From Bryobacterales bacterium (GTDB lineage Bacteria > Acidobacteriota > Terriglobia > Bryobacterales > Bryobacteraceae): a DNA stretch of 64,000 nucleotides. The position numbers and the translations under genes were made by a program. Below the pieces are notes generated by a model that ran no database searches, was not told where the DNA came from, and was given only the letters and a program-made list of their open reading frames with translations. The stretch lies in contig CAWEZD010000017.1 in the NCBI GenBank assembly GCA_963813465.1, positions 3,956 to 67,955 on the forward strand, read 5' to 3'. Positions 18,215 through 27,634 of the stretch are shown one piece after another (the first letter of the stretch is position 1; the number at the start of each line of letters is the position of its first letter).

Positions 18215-19915
18215 CTTCAAATAGGGGAGCAATCGGGGCGGGCGGGCGTCCGGCTCGGCCAGCCAAACCGTGCGGCCCGGGTAATAATCGCGCAGCTTGC
18301 TGTCTTCCTCCGGCCCGAGATCCAGCGCCCAAACGACCTTGGAGCGATCTATCTCCGCGGCGTTGGAGATCCATTCGCGCAAAGGATGAAACGGCCCGTA
18401 GCGCACGAACACAAGCTGGTCCCCGGGGGCTTGTTCCAACTGCTTCAGGATCGGACGACGGCCTTCCGGATCGCCGTGATTGACGAAATCGAAGAGCTCA
18501 AAGGGGCCGAAAGCGTCGAGGAAATCCTGATTGCCGTAGGCGTGAACGCCGAACCAGAACGCGAAGTGCGCCACGGCAAGAAACAGGATCGTACACGCCG
18601 CCATGGGCGGCATGCGTTTGAGCGCGGTAACCGCTATGAGCAAGAATGCGCACGCCAGCGCCGCGAGGTAGTGCGGATAGAAGTACGGATAGAAAGCGGA
18701 ACCGGCGAGGAGCAGCAGGATGGACGCCGCGGGCCACAACAGACGGCGGTCTCGCAGGGTGAAAAGAAATACCGGCAGCGTCACAAGGAGCGCGGGGGAC
18801 AGGAAGAAGCGGACCAAGCCGGAGCGATCCAGCAGCCGTTGCCACAGGCTCCTGGCGCTTTCCCGGTCGTGAACCTCGGATTGAACATCGTAGCCGCGCT
18901 GTTGCTCCGGAGTGAGCTCGCGATGTGGCACCGGAACGGGCTGCATGGTGAAGCTGGTGGGGACACCGTACTGATCGCGGCTGGCCATGTAAGGCAGAGT
19001 GGTCCAGCTTCCGGTGACGGCTCTGTTTTGCGCCAGAGTCAAGGAAAGAAAAGGCAGCGTGGCGGCGATGACCAGGGGAACGGCGAGGGCCAAGCGCTTC
19101 TCATTGAACAACCCGTTGAACAAAAGGAATAATGCGACGATGGCGGCCAGGAAGACGCACTCGTACGGCCGGGTGAGCAACTCCAGGCCGAGGCCCACGC
19201 CGAGCAGGATGGCGTTTCTGGTAACCGCTCCGTCGTTTCTGGAAACTGCTCCATCATGGTCGCGGTTCAGAAGGCGCGGAAGCGCCCCGAACACCAGGCA
19301 GCCCGCGATTCCGGAGACCGCGCCGCCCCAGTAGGAGTTCATCCAATAGGTCAGCGGGCCGAGCTGGAATATCGCGAGCAGTCCTCCGGCCAGCGCCCAC
19401 CCGGCCGAAATCCAACCGCGCAGCATCCAGTAGCACAGCGCGCACAGCGCGGCCTCGGAGAGAAGAACACCCGCCCAGGGATGACCGAGAATCGCGCGGC
19501 CCAGTTCCAGCGCGAGGCCCTGGCCCAGGGGAAATATCGAGCTGTAGCTGGGTTGCTGAAGTACGAAGTTGCTCTCGAAGAAGCGGTGAAAGAGATGCGT
19601 GGGATTGGCCAGACGGAAATGCGAGAGAGTATCGGCGAGCAGGAGGTAGCTGGCGTCGTCGGCGGAGCTTGGGATGGGCGCTCCGGCTTGCGGAAGCAAG
19701 GCCAGGCGCAGCGCGACGGCCAGCGCGCCCAGAGCCAGCATGCACCAGACGGTCTTTTCCGCGAAGCTGCGGGCAAACCGAACCACGTGATTTCGCGCCA
19801 ACACCAGAAGCACCAGCACCGTTGCCACAAACAGCTCGACGAAATCGCCGGCGCCGAAGCCAATGGGGTTGAGCAGGGGAATGAAGGAGCGGAAGACGTG
19901 GAACAGGTAGAACAT
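18212..19915 (-). CDS. Large polytopic membrane protein (possibly GT-C-like glycosyltransferase), function unknown
   Basis: 567 aa with about 12 hydrophobic segments followed by a soluble C-terminal domain. I recognise no catalytic motif with confidence. Confidence 0.7.
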   Translation of the reverse strand: MFYLFHVFRSFIPLLNPIGFGAGDFVELFVATVLVLLVLARNHVVRFARSFAEKTVWCMLALGALAVALRLALLPQAGAPIPSSADDASYLLLADTLSHFRLANPTHLFHRFFESNFVLQQPSYSSIFPLGQGLALELGRAILGHPWAGVLLSEAALCALCYWMLRGWISAGWALAGGLLAIFQLGPLTYWMNSYWGGAVSGIAGCLVFGALPRLLNRDHDGAVSRNDGAVTRNAILLGVGLGLELLTRPYECVFLAAIVALFLLFNGLFNEKRLALAVPLVIAATLPFLSLTLAQNRAVTGSWTTLPYMASRDQYGVPTSFTMQPVPVPHRELTPEQQRGYDVQSEVHDRESARSLWQRLLDRSGLVRFFLSPALLVTLPVFLFTLRDRRLLWPAASILLLLAGSAFYPYFYPHYLAALACAFLLIAVTALKRMPPMAACTILFLAVAHFAFWFGVHAYGNQDFLDAFGPFELFDFVNHGDPEGRRPILKQLEQAPGDQLVFVRYGPFHPLREWISNAAEIDRSKVVWALDLGPEEDSKLRDYYPGRTVWLAEPDARPPRLLPYLK

Positions 19916-19949
19916 GCTTACGCCAAAGCTTTTTTCAAGTAAGCCGGTC

Positions 19950-21479
19950 TCAAGTAGAGGCCTTGCGCGCCCGCTTGCGGGCCGAGGGCCGGACCACTTT
20001 GGCTTTTCCGCTCCAGCGTCCCAGCTTGAACTCGCGGCCGTAGTGGGAAACGGTGTTGGTGATGGTCACGGTGACGCTGCCGGCAGCGTCGCAGGCGTAG
20101 CGCTCCTCGATTTCCTGGGATGCGGCGGCGGCGGATTTTTCCACCGCGACGCCGGACAACACGCGCATGTCCGCCAGAGCGGGATCGAAGGGGAAAAGAA
20201 TTTCGTCCCATACGGCGATATCGCCGGAGGGCTGGCCGTCCGGATCGACGTTGGCGGCTTCCAGATAGCGGAAGTCGCCGATATTGTGGACCGGTTGATA
20301 GCGCCGCGAGACCGTGAGCGGAGGCTCGGCCGCCGCGGGAAGGCGCGTGCCGCGGGGAAAAATGGGATCGAAGATCATGCGCTGGCCGGCCTCGGATTCG
20401 CGCCATACGCCGAAGTTGCGCGTGAACACCTCGCGCAGAGTGTAGCCGGAGGCCGCATCGGCCTGAATGGCCAGCCCGATGGCGGTAGCCGAACGCGTAT
20501 ACTCGCTGCGCTTGACCTTGCGGCCGAACTCTTCGCGGAGCATGCGCGCGATCGGAGGCAGCTCGCTGCCGCCTCCGGTGACGTAGAGCGCGTCGATGGC
20601 GGAGTCGCCGGCAAGGCGCACGGTCGCGGCCACGGTTTCCTCGATCAGAGGGCGGCACAGCTCGTAGTAGCCGGCCACGGGAATGATGACCTGGCCGCGG
20701 CCTTCTTCAATCAAATCGAGATCCACCACCATGCGCCGCGAGTTGGGATGCAGAGCCTCTTTCTGGCGGCGGCACTCCTCTTCCAGGCGGAAGCTGGCGG
20801 CGGAATCGAGCGCGGCCAGCTCCTCCTCGCCCAGGGCCAGCTCGGCCAGGATGCGGTCGAAATCGTCGCCGCCGAGCGTGGAGATGCCCTCGGTGGCGAG
20901 CACGGTATGGGTGCGCGCATCCAGCTCCACCAGCGAGGCGTCGAAGGTGCCTCCGCCGAGATCGTAGACCAGAATCCGTCCCGTCATGCTCTGGCGATGA
21001 CCGAATTCGATGGAGGCCGCGGAAGGCTCATTCAACAATCCGAGCACCGAAAAGCCGGCTCGCCGGAATGCATCGACAGTGAGAAATCGCTGGTTGCTAT
21101 TGGCGTTGGCGGGGACGCCCAGCATGATCTCCAGGGGTTCGCCTGCGCCGAAGTGCGCGGTTAGCTGCTTGTGCATCTCGGCCAGCAAGCCGTGCATGAG
21201 ATCGGCCAGGAGAACGGCGTCGCTTCCGGCTTCGAGCAGGGTTTCGGGCCCGGCGTCCTCGAGATAGCGTTTGAGGGAACGAATTATGGTCCAGGACGAA
21301 TCCGCCTGGGCGTGCCATGCGTCCCATCCATATAGACGATCGCCGCCCCGCAAGGCCACCAGCGGCGGAAACCATTCGAACGTCGAGTCGGCCGTTTCGA
21401 ACGGAACCAGGGGATAATTGCCGCGGTCGACCGCCGCCACGACGATTCTAGTGGTTCCGAAGTCGATGCCGAGTTTCAT
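19950..21479 (-). CDS. Noncanonical Hsp70-family ATPase
   Basis: Actin-fold/Hsp70 NBD motifs GIDFGTT, YDLGGGTFDASL, TGGGSELP. The C-terminal ~130 aa is unlike the DnaK substrate-binding domain and ends in the basic tail KAKVVRPSARKRARKAST. Confidence 0.85.
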   Translation of the reverse strand: MKLGIDFGTTRIVVAAVDRGNYPLVPFETADSTFEWFPPLVALRGGDRLYGWDAWHAQADSSWTIIRSLKRYLEDAGPETLLEAGSDAVLLADLMHGLLAEMHKQLTAHFGAGEPLEIMLGVPANANSNQRFLTVDAFRRAGFSVLGLLNEPSAASIEFGHRQSMTGRILVYDLGGGTFDASLVELDARTHTVLATEGISTLGGDDFDRILAELALGEEELAALDSAASFRLEEECRRQKEALHPNSRRMVVDLDLIEEGRGQVIIPVAGYYELCRPLIEETVAATVRLAGDSAIDALYVTGGGSELPPIARMLREEFGRKVKRSEYTRSATAIGLAIQADAASGYTLREVFTRNFGVWRESEAGQRMIFDPIFPRGTRLPAAAEPPLTVSRRYQPVHNIGDFRYLEAANVDPDGQPSGDIAVWDEILFPFDPALADMRVLSGVAVEKSAAAASQEIEERYACDAAGSVTVTITNTVSHYGREFKLGRWSGKAKVVRPSARKRARKAST

Positions 21480-21514
21480 GATGACCTTCTCAAATTCAAT
21501 TACAATGGTCGCTT

Positions 21515-22579
21515 ATGAGGAAGCTATTCTGCACAGCGCTGTGCCTTGGGACGGTCTTGCTCCTTCTCGTTCTCGGAGGTTGCAGCCGAGTCCAAGCGCA
21601 AACCCAACTCGTCAAGACCCGGCTCACCAATCTTCGGCAGTTGACGCATGGAGGAGAGAACGCGGAAGCGTACTGGGCTCCGGATGGAAAGCGTCTCATC
21701 TTTCAGTCTACACGCGATGGCCATGACTGCGATCAGCAGTACATCATGAACGCGGACGGATCGGACCCGCACCTGGTGTCGACAGGGAAAGGCGTGACCA
21801 CGTGCGGATATTTTCTTTCCGACAACAAGCATATCCTGTACGCGTCCACGCATGAAGGCCCAGAGCATACAGAAAATGCCTCCTGCCCGGCCAAGCCGGA
21901 TCGCAGCAAGGGCTACTTCTGGGCGGTTTATCCGGACTTCGATATTTATCTGGCGGAAGACAACGGAAAGATCGTCAAGAAGCTCACCGATACTCCCGGC
22001 TACGATGCCGAGGCGACGATCAATTGGAAGACTCACAAAATCATTTACACCTCGATGGCTGGGGGCGATCTGGATGTGTGGAGCATGAACGAGGACGGAT
22101 CGGACAAGAAGCAGTTGACCAAGACCGAGGGCTACGACGGCGGCGCAGTGTTTTCGCGCGATGGATCGCAAATGGTGTGGCGCGCCTACCGCCCCGATAC
22201 GCCGGAGAAGCTGGATCTGTACCGGTCGCTGTTAAAGGCGAACCTGACCGCGCCGATGAAGATGGAGCTGTTTGTGGCGCGCTCCGACGGCTCCGGCGCG
22301 AAGCGGATTACGGACTTCGGATGCGCCAGCTTCGCCCCCACCTTCACGCCGGATGGGAAGAAGATCCTGTTCGCATCGAACAAGCATAACTGCGACAGCA
22401 GCGATTTCGAGCTGTACCTGATCAATACCGACGGGACGGGACTGGAGCAGGTGACCAACTACGGCGGATTTACATCGTTCCCCGAATTTTCGCCCGACGG
22501 AACCAGGCTGGCGTTCGTATCCAGCTACAAGGGCCAGAGCAAGTACGAGTTCAACGTGTTCACCGCGGACTGGAAATAG
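21515..22579 (+). CDS. TolB/PD40-like periplasmic beta-propeller protein
   Basis: Signal LCLGTVLLLLVLGGC and repeated PD40-type segments (WAPDGKRLIFQS, FSRDGSQMVW, FTPDGKKILFAS, FSPDGTRLAFVS). Confidence 0.85.
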   Translation: MRKLFCTALCLGTVLLLLVLGGCSRVQAQTQLVKTRLTNLRQLTHGGENAEAYWAPDGKRLIFQSTRDGHDCDQQYIMNADGSDPHLVSTGKGVTTCGYFLSDNKHILYASTHEGPEHTENASCPAKPDRSKGYFWAVYPDFDIYLAEDNGKIVKKLTDTPGYDAEATINWKTHKIIYTSMAGGDLDVWSMNEDGSDKKQLTKTEGYDGGAVFSRDGSQMVWRAYRPDTPEKLDLYRSLLKANLTAPMKMELFVARSDGSGAKRITDFGCASFAPTFTPDGKKILFASNKHNCDSSDFELYLINTDGTGLEQVTNYGGFTSFPEFSPDGTRLAFVSSYKGQSKYEFNVFTADWK

Positions 22580-22814
22580 GATCATCCATTTCGCCCGCAC
22601 AGGGCCGCAGGCTCCGTTGTGCGGGCAGGTGTTGTCGAGAATCGGCACATGCCGAACGGCCAGAAACCAGCAGCGCGCAAAATACATCTAAATTTTCAGA
22701 AGCACAATTCGCGTCAGGGCTCACTTCGAAGTAACGATTCCAGCACGGCCTTATGCCGGAGGTGTGTCCATTGGCGGCGTTCATGATCGAAACCTTTATT
22801 GAAGGAGAACCTTT

Positions 22815-22958
22815 ATGAAGCTACGTACAATCATTCTTGGGGCGATCGTTACTTCGAGTATTGCGGCTTACGCGCAGGAAGCTACGACGCCGCAGATCGA
22901 AACCGGACTCGCCTATTCATTCACCCGCGTCAATCCCGGCGGCAACCTTACTTCCTAG
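22815..22958 (+). pseudogene. 5' fragment of an outer-membrane beta-barrel protein gene (47 codons, then TAG)
   Basis: AAGGAG RBS, signal MKLRTIILGAIVTSSIAAYAQE and first strand ETGLAYSFTRVNPGG, then a stop. No frame continues the barrel. Confidence 0.45.
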
Positions 22959-23084
22959 CATAATTTCGCGTTCGGCGCGCGCCCGAATTTCACGCCCCCG
23001 TGCTGCGCTAGCGCAGGATCACAACGCAAGCTGTGCCGGGGTGCCGAGGCGACGGGCGTGAATTTTCCCGCTTCGCCCCTGTAT

Positions 23085-23311
23085 CTACGCCAAGTCATAG
23101 TTGAGTTGCAAGCAAAGCCAAAAGCCCACCGTGCTGCCTATGGCCTTTTCGAGCCGCACGGCCATCTCAGCGGAGACCCCCGCCTTGCGGTTGATAAGGC
23201 GAGACTGCGTCGCGCGGGTCACGCCAAGCGCCTTAGCGCCGTCCGTCACGCTTACACCTAACTCGTCGAGGCATCCCGAATAATGTCGCCGGGATGATTG
23301 GGATTCGTCAT
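23085..23311 (-). pseudogene. higA: HigA-type (XRE HTH) antitoxin, frame broken near 23274; no higB present
   Basis: MTNPNHPGDIIRD in one frame, then CLDELGVSVTDGAKALGVTRATQSRLINRKAGVSAEMAVRLEKAIGSTVGFWLCLQLNYDLA-stop in another. The span is 227 nt (3n+2). Confidence 0.7.
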
Positions 23312-23791
23312 CGCATGGTCTGTGCTCCTCTGCTCATGCAACGTAACGCGGCGGGGGCTGTCTCAGTCTCTTCCCAGGGATTGACGACGGGCACGCTTGT
23401 CTTCTCGAAATCGCTGCGATCCCGAGTAACAGCCGTAAAGCCTGGTGGAGCGCTGTCACGGCGATAATCAAGTCCGGCTGCGAAAACGTATGCCCCGCTT
23501 TTCGACCTTCTTCCGCCACCATCCTCCACCTGAACATGATATCTTCGGCAACCTGCAAACCCGCTGTTCAACATGGGGCGTATCTTATACGTGAGACAGT
23601 TATTCAGTTCCTCGCGGCGGCCGCTCCCTTCACTCAGAATCTCGATTCCGCAGCGAAGCTCCGCAAGCGTTACCGCGCTGATGTAAAGCTGGTTTATTAA
23701 GCGGACGGTCGGCGATAAACGCCAGCACTTTCGGCTCGGGTTTTGGCCGGCGCAATTCGGACAGGACATTGGTATCGAGAAGCCATGCCAT
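23308..23791 (-). pseudogene. vapC: VapC (PIN-domain) toxin with at least three frame changes
   Basis: The pieces MAWLLDTNVLSELRRPKPEPKVLAFIADRPL / QLYISAVTLAELRCGIEIL / VAEDIMFRWRMVAEEGRKAGHTFSQPDLIIAVTALHQ / TAVTRDRSDFEKTSVPVVNPW lie in alternating frames. Confidence 0.75.
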
Positions 23792-24045
23792 CAGAACGTA
23801 ACGTCACGCACCGGCATTCGATAGCGGGCAGGCTCAATTTCGATTTCTCGAAACGGGGATGACTGGATGGCCGCGATCAGATCGGCGCCCGTGCGGCCTT
23901 TAGCCGCGGTCGCGGGCTTCGCATCTGTCACCGGCGACGTTTCCAGGGCCTGCATGAGGGCATCCTCGACATTCTGAAACCCGCCGAGTTTCATCCGTTC
24001 CAGGATGAGCGCTTCGAGCTCGGGTCTGTGAATTTCTATCGCCAT
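23791..24045 (-). CDS. vapB: VapB-position type II antitoxin (84 aa), apparently intact
   Basis: MAIEIHRPELEALILERMKLGGFQNVEDALMQALE. Its stop overlaps the vapC ATG. The longer 190-aa ORF extension is Arg/Gly-rich and was rejected. Confidence 0.55.
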   Translation of the reverse strand: MAIEIHRPELEALILERMKLGGFQNVEDALMQALETSPVTDAKPATAAKGRTGADLIAAIQSSPFREIEIEPARYRMPVRDVTF

Positions 24046-24107
24046 CGCAGCCACCCGCTCCATCTTTAATGTTGGCACATAAAATCCTGGCTGCAAAGAA
24101 GCGCAAG

Positions 24108-27100
24108 TCAAACCGGCGCCTTCTGGCTCAGCGCCGCCCGCTCCATCGCCCACGCCCGCACCCCGCGAAAATCCACCTTCCCCGTGCCCAGCGTCGGGAG
24201 CGCGTCCACCCGATGAATGTCTTCGCGCTTGGGCAGCCACAGCTTGGGGAGATCGGTCGCCGCTAGTCTCTGCCACAGCTCCGCTTCGGAAATTCCGGCC
24301 GCCGTGTAGAGCACCGCGATGCGCTCGCCCTTGCGCTCGTCTGGAATTCCGGTGACGCAGCAAGGCTCGCCGCCGGTCGCCTCGCGCACCGCTTCTTCGA
24401 TCTTCAGGTGCGGCGCCATTTCGCCCCCGATTTTGCTGAACCGCGCCAGCCTGTCCGTGATCTTGAGAAATCCGTCTTCGTCCAGCAAGCCGATATCACC
24501 GGTGTTGTACCAGCCGTCGCACAGCGCCTGTTCGGTCTTGTCCGGCTGCCCCAAATATCCCAGCATCCGGTTCGGGCCCTTCACCAGCAGCAGCCCTTCG
24601 CATCCCTGCGCGAGCGGCGTCAGCGTCTCCGGATCCACGATTCGCACCGCCACCCCCGGCAGCGGACGCCCCACCGAACCCGCCTTTGCGCCGGGCTGGC
24701 TGTAGCGCTCCACCTCATACCCCGGCGTGTTCACCGCCACCACCGGAGCCATCTCGGTGCACCCGTATCCCTCCAGCATCTTTAATCCGAACGCATCCTC
24801 GAACGCTTTGGCCGCGGAGTCGCGCAGTTTCTCCGCGCCCACCAGCACGTACCGCAGCGATGCGAACTGCTCCCGCATGCACTTGCGCGCGTAGCCCATG
24901 GCGAAGGTCGGCGTCGAAAGCAACATCGTGCCGCCATATCGCTCCACCATCTCGCCGATAATCTTGGCGTCCATCGGATTGTTGTGATAAATCGCTCCGC
25001 ACCCTGCCACGGCCGGCAGCCACAGCGTGACCGTGAAGCCGAAGGAGTGAAAGAACGGCAGGACGCCCACAACACGGTCGCTTTCGTTCAAATCGAATAC
25101 TTGCAGCATGGCTTCGATGTTCGAAATCACGTTGTAGTGCGAGAGCATCACGCCCTTGGGCGTGCTGGTGCTGCCGCTCGAAAACAGCACCGTTGCGAGC
25201 GAGTCTGGTTCCTGCCCGGCCAGCAGGGCACGCACCGGCGCGATTCTCGCCCGCATCGTCGCCCACAGCTTTGCGAAACGTCCGGCACCGGCCAAAACGT
25301 CTTCCAGGTAGACCATTCCTTCCGCGGCGTCAATCTTGGCCTTCGCCAGAAATGTTTTCGACGTAAGCACTGTCCGGATCCCGCACTGCTCGACCGTTGA
25401 CGTCATCGCTTCCTTGCCGGATGTGAAATTTAAATTTACCGGCACGCGTCCGGCGAGCGTCAACCCCATGTTCGCCAGCGCCCCGCCCGCCGACGGCGGC
25501 AGCAGCACGCCGATCGTTTCACTCCTCGTCGAATTCCGCCGCGCCCAATCCGACACCAGCAGGCTCCCGGCCAGCGTGCGCCCATGCGTCAGCTCGCGCC
25601 CGCTCGAATCCGCCATCGCGAATCGATTCCAATTCCGCCGCGCCGACCGGATGAAGCGCTCGCCCAGCGTGTCTCCGCGCTCCTTGCGCAGGCCGGCGGC
25701 TTCCGAGCCCAATTCCATCACCGTCTGATAGACATCCTGCGCCGTCGCGCCCTCTGGCATCGGTTCGCCGAACGAAACTGTCATAGGGTAGGGAATCCGC
25801 CGCGGCCATTTGGCGAAAAACTTGCCCCCGGCGAAGCTGAACACGCTGCCCCACAAGCGATCCAGGTGTACCGGAATTATGGGAGCGCCGGTGCCGCGCA
25901 CGATCTTCTCCAGCCCGCGCTTGAACGGTTGCAGGTGCCCCGTGCGGGTGATGGAGCCTTCCGCAAAAATGCATACAACGTGCCCCCGCTTCAATTCCTC
26001 GCGAGCCTGAGCCAGCGCTGCCACCATGCCCCGCGGACCGTCGCCCACCGGAATCGCCTGAATCTGGCGGAACACCCAGGCCATGGCCGGTTGCGAAAAG
26101 AACGGCTTCCAGACCAGGAAGCGCAGGTTGCGGTCGATCGCCGCGGAGAGCAGGATGCCGTCCGCGAACGATACGTGATTGCTCACCAGCAGGGCGGGGC
26201 CGCTCTCCGGAACTCGGCCCCTGCCTTCCACGCGAATCCGGAACAGAGTATGGATCGCCACGCGCAACATCAGCCGCACCAGATGAAACGGCAGCAGCCA
26301 AACGACGTAGACCGTCGCTGCCAGCGTCGCCAATCCCGATGCCAGAATCAGCTTGTCCGGGGAAACATGCAGCCGGTCGTGAAACAGCCACAGCGCTCCC
26401 GCCGCCAGCATCAACCCGATGGTGTTGAAGAAATTATTGGTGGCAATCATGCGGCCCTTTTCGCCGCGCTCGCTGCGTTGTTGCAGGAACGCGTTCAGCG
26501 GCACGATGAACAAGCCGCTTGCCAGCCCTAGTGCCGCCAGCGCCGCAACCGACCATCCATACGACCCCTTCGCCGCCGCCAGCGCGATCGAGAACAAACT
26601 CATCAGCGCCGATCCCACCGGAACAAATCCCAGATCCACGCGGTTTCCCGAAAGCTTGCCCGCCGTCAGGCTGCCGGCGCCGATGCCCACCGCCAGTGCG
26701 GCCACCATAAACCCGATCCTTATGTCGCTGGCGTGCAGCACCTCGCTGCCGTAGAAGAACAGATCCAGTTGGAACAGCGCGCCCAGCATCCAGAAATACG
26801 AGATGCCCACCACGGTCAGCCACAGGGGCTTGTCGCGCAGCAGGTGCCTGGTTCCGATCGCCACTTCCGCAAGCGGATTCCAGCGGAACTTGTCTTGTGT
26901 TGGAACGGCCGCCGTCCGTGGAATCCCGAAGCTCACCGCGAGTCCCGCGATCGCCACGCTCACCATTACGACGCCCATCTTCCACGCCTCGCCCTTCCAA
27001 TAGGCGAACAGGAACGAGCTGATCGACGTTCCCAGCACAATCGCCACGAAGGTGGTCATCTCCAGCAGGCCATTGGCTCGCGACAGATCCTTGTCTTCGA

Positions 27101-27488
27101 GCAGCTCCGGCACGAACCCGTATTTGGCCGGGCTGAAGATCGTCGAGTGCAGCGCCATCAGGAACAACACCGCCAGCATCCACTCCATCCGGTTGGTGAA
27201 GAACACCGCCAGGCCCAGCGTCATTGCGCCGATCTCGAACGCTTTCACCGAAATCATCACCGTGCGCTTGGAAACCTTGTCGGCCAAGTGTCCCGAGTAT
27301 CCCGAGAACAACAGGAACGGCAGCACGAACACCGCGCCCGCCATCGAAAGATAATCCAGGCCCGCGCTCGCCGCCACCTGCACCGCCCGCAGCGACACGA
27401 TGGTCTTGTAAAGGTTGTCGTTCAGCGCGCCCAGGAACTGGGTCAGCAGAAACGCCCGAAACCCGGCATGTTTTAGAAGTTGCTTCAT
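24108..27488 (-). CDS. Fusion of lysophospholipid transporter LplT (MFS), PlsC-type acyltransferase and acyl-ACP synthetase (Aas)
   Basis: N-terminal MFS FLLTQFLGALNDNLYK with ~12 TM, an HX4D box LLVSNHVSFADGILL, and AMP-binding motifs LFSSGSTSTPKGVMLSH, EGYGCTE, YNTGDIG. Confidence 0.85.
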   Translation of the reverse strand: MKQLLKHAGFRAFLLTQFLGALNDNLYKTIVSLRAVQVAASAGLDYLSMAGAVFVLPFLLFSGYSGHLADKVSKRTVMISVKAFEIGAMTLGLAVFFTNRMEWMLAVLFLMALHSTIFSPAKYGFVPELLEDKDLSRANGLLEMTTFVAIVLGTSISSFLFAYWKGEAWKMGVVMVSVAIAGLAVSFGIPRTAAVPTQDKFRWNPLAEVAIGTRHLLRDKPLWLTVVGISYFWMLGALFQLDLFFYGSEVLHASDIRIGFMVAALAVGIGAGSLTAGKLSGNRVDLGFVPVGSALMSLFSIALAAAKGSYGWSVAALAALGLASGLFIVPLNAFLQQRSERGEKGRMIATNNFFNTIGLMLAAGALWLFHDRLHVSPDKLILASGLATLAATVYVVWLLPFHLVRLMLRVAIHTLFRIRVEGRGRVPESGPALLVSNHVSFADGILLSAAIDRNLRFLVWKPFFSQPAMAWVFRQIQAIPVGDGPRGMVAALAQAREELKRGHVVCIFAEGSITRTGHLQPFKRGLEKIVRGTGAPIIPVHLDRLWGSVFSFAGGKFFAKWPRRIPYPMTVSFGEPMPEGATAQDVYQTVMELGSEAAGLRKERGDTLGERFIRSARRNWNRFAMADSSGRELTHGRTLAGSLLVSDWARRNSTRSETIGVLLPPSAGGALANMGLTLAGRVPVNLNFTSGKEAMTSTVEQCGIRTVLTSKTFLAKAKIDAAEGMVYLEDVLAGAGRFAKLWATMRARIAPVRALLAGQEPDSLATVLFSSGSTSTPKGVMLSHYNVISNIEAMLQVFDLNESDRVVGVLPFFHSFGFTVTLWLPAVAGCGAIYHNNPMDAKIIGEMVERYGGTMLLSTPTFAMGYARKCMREQFASLRYVLVGAEKLRDSAAKAFEDAFGLKMLEGYGCTEMAPVVAVNTPGYEVERYSQPGAKAGSVGRPLPGVAVRIVDPETLTPLAQGCEGLLLVKGPNRMLGYLGQPDKTEQALCDGWYNTGDIGLLDEDGFLKITDRLARFSKIGGEMAPHLKIEEAVREATGGEPCCVTGIPDERKGERIAVLYTAAGISEAELWQRLAATDLPKLWLPKREDIHRVDALPTLGTGKVDFRGVRAWAMERAALSQKAPV

Positions 27489-27634
27489 GCGATGGGGAAG
27501 TGCATGCGCGCCCCTCGGCGGCCTCGCCTCTTCCAATCCATTCCTACCCGAGCATACCGCCTTCGAGCGCGCCGCTTTGGGCCGGGATTTCATCGAAGGC
27601 GAGCCCGTCCGCCGGCACTTTTAACCGCGCGCCG

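Noticed and set aside
22597-22630. Hairpin GCCCGCACA..TGTGCGGGC after the TolB-like gene as an intrinsic terminator
   Set aside because: It has a 16-nt loop and no following T-tract, which is not convincing.
24046-24363. Upstream 106-codon extension of the vapB-position ORF
   Set aside because: It is Arg/Gly/Ala-rich text that overlaps the 3' end of the LplT-Aas gene in another frame. The ATG at 24045 gives a typical 84-aa antitoxin.
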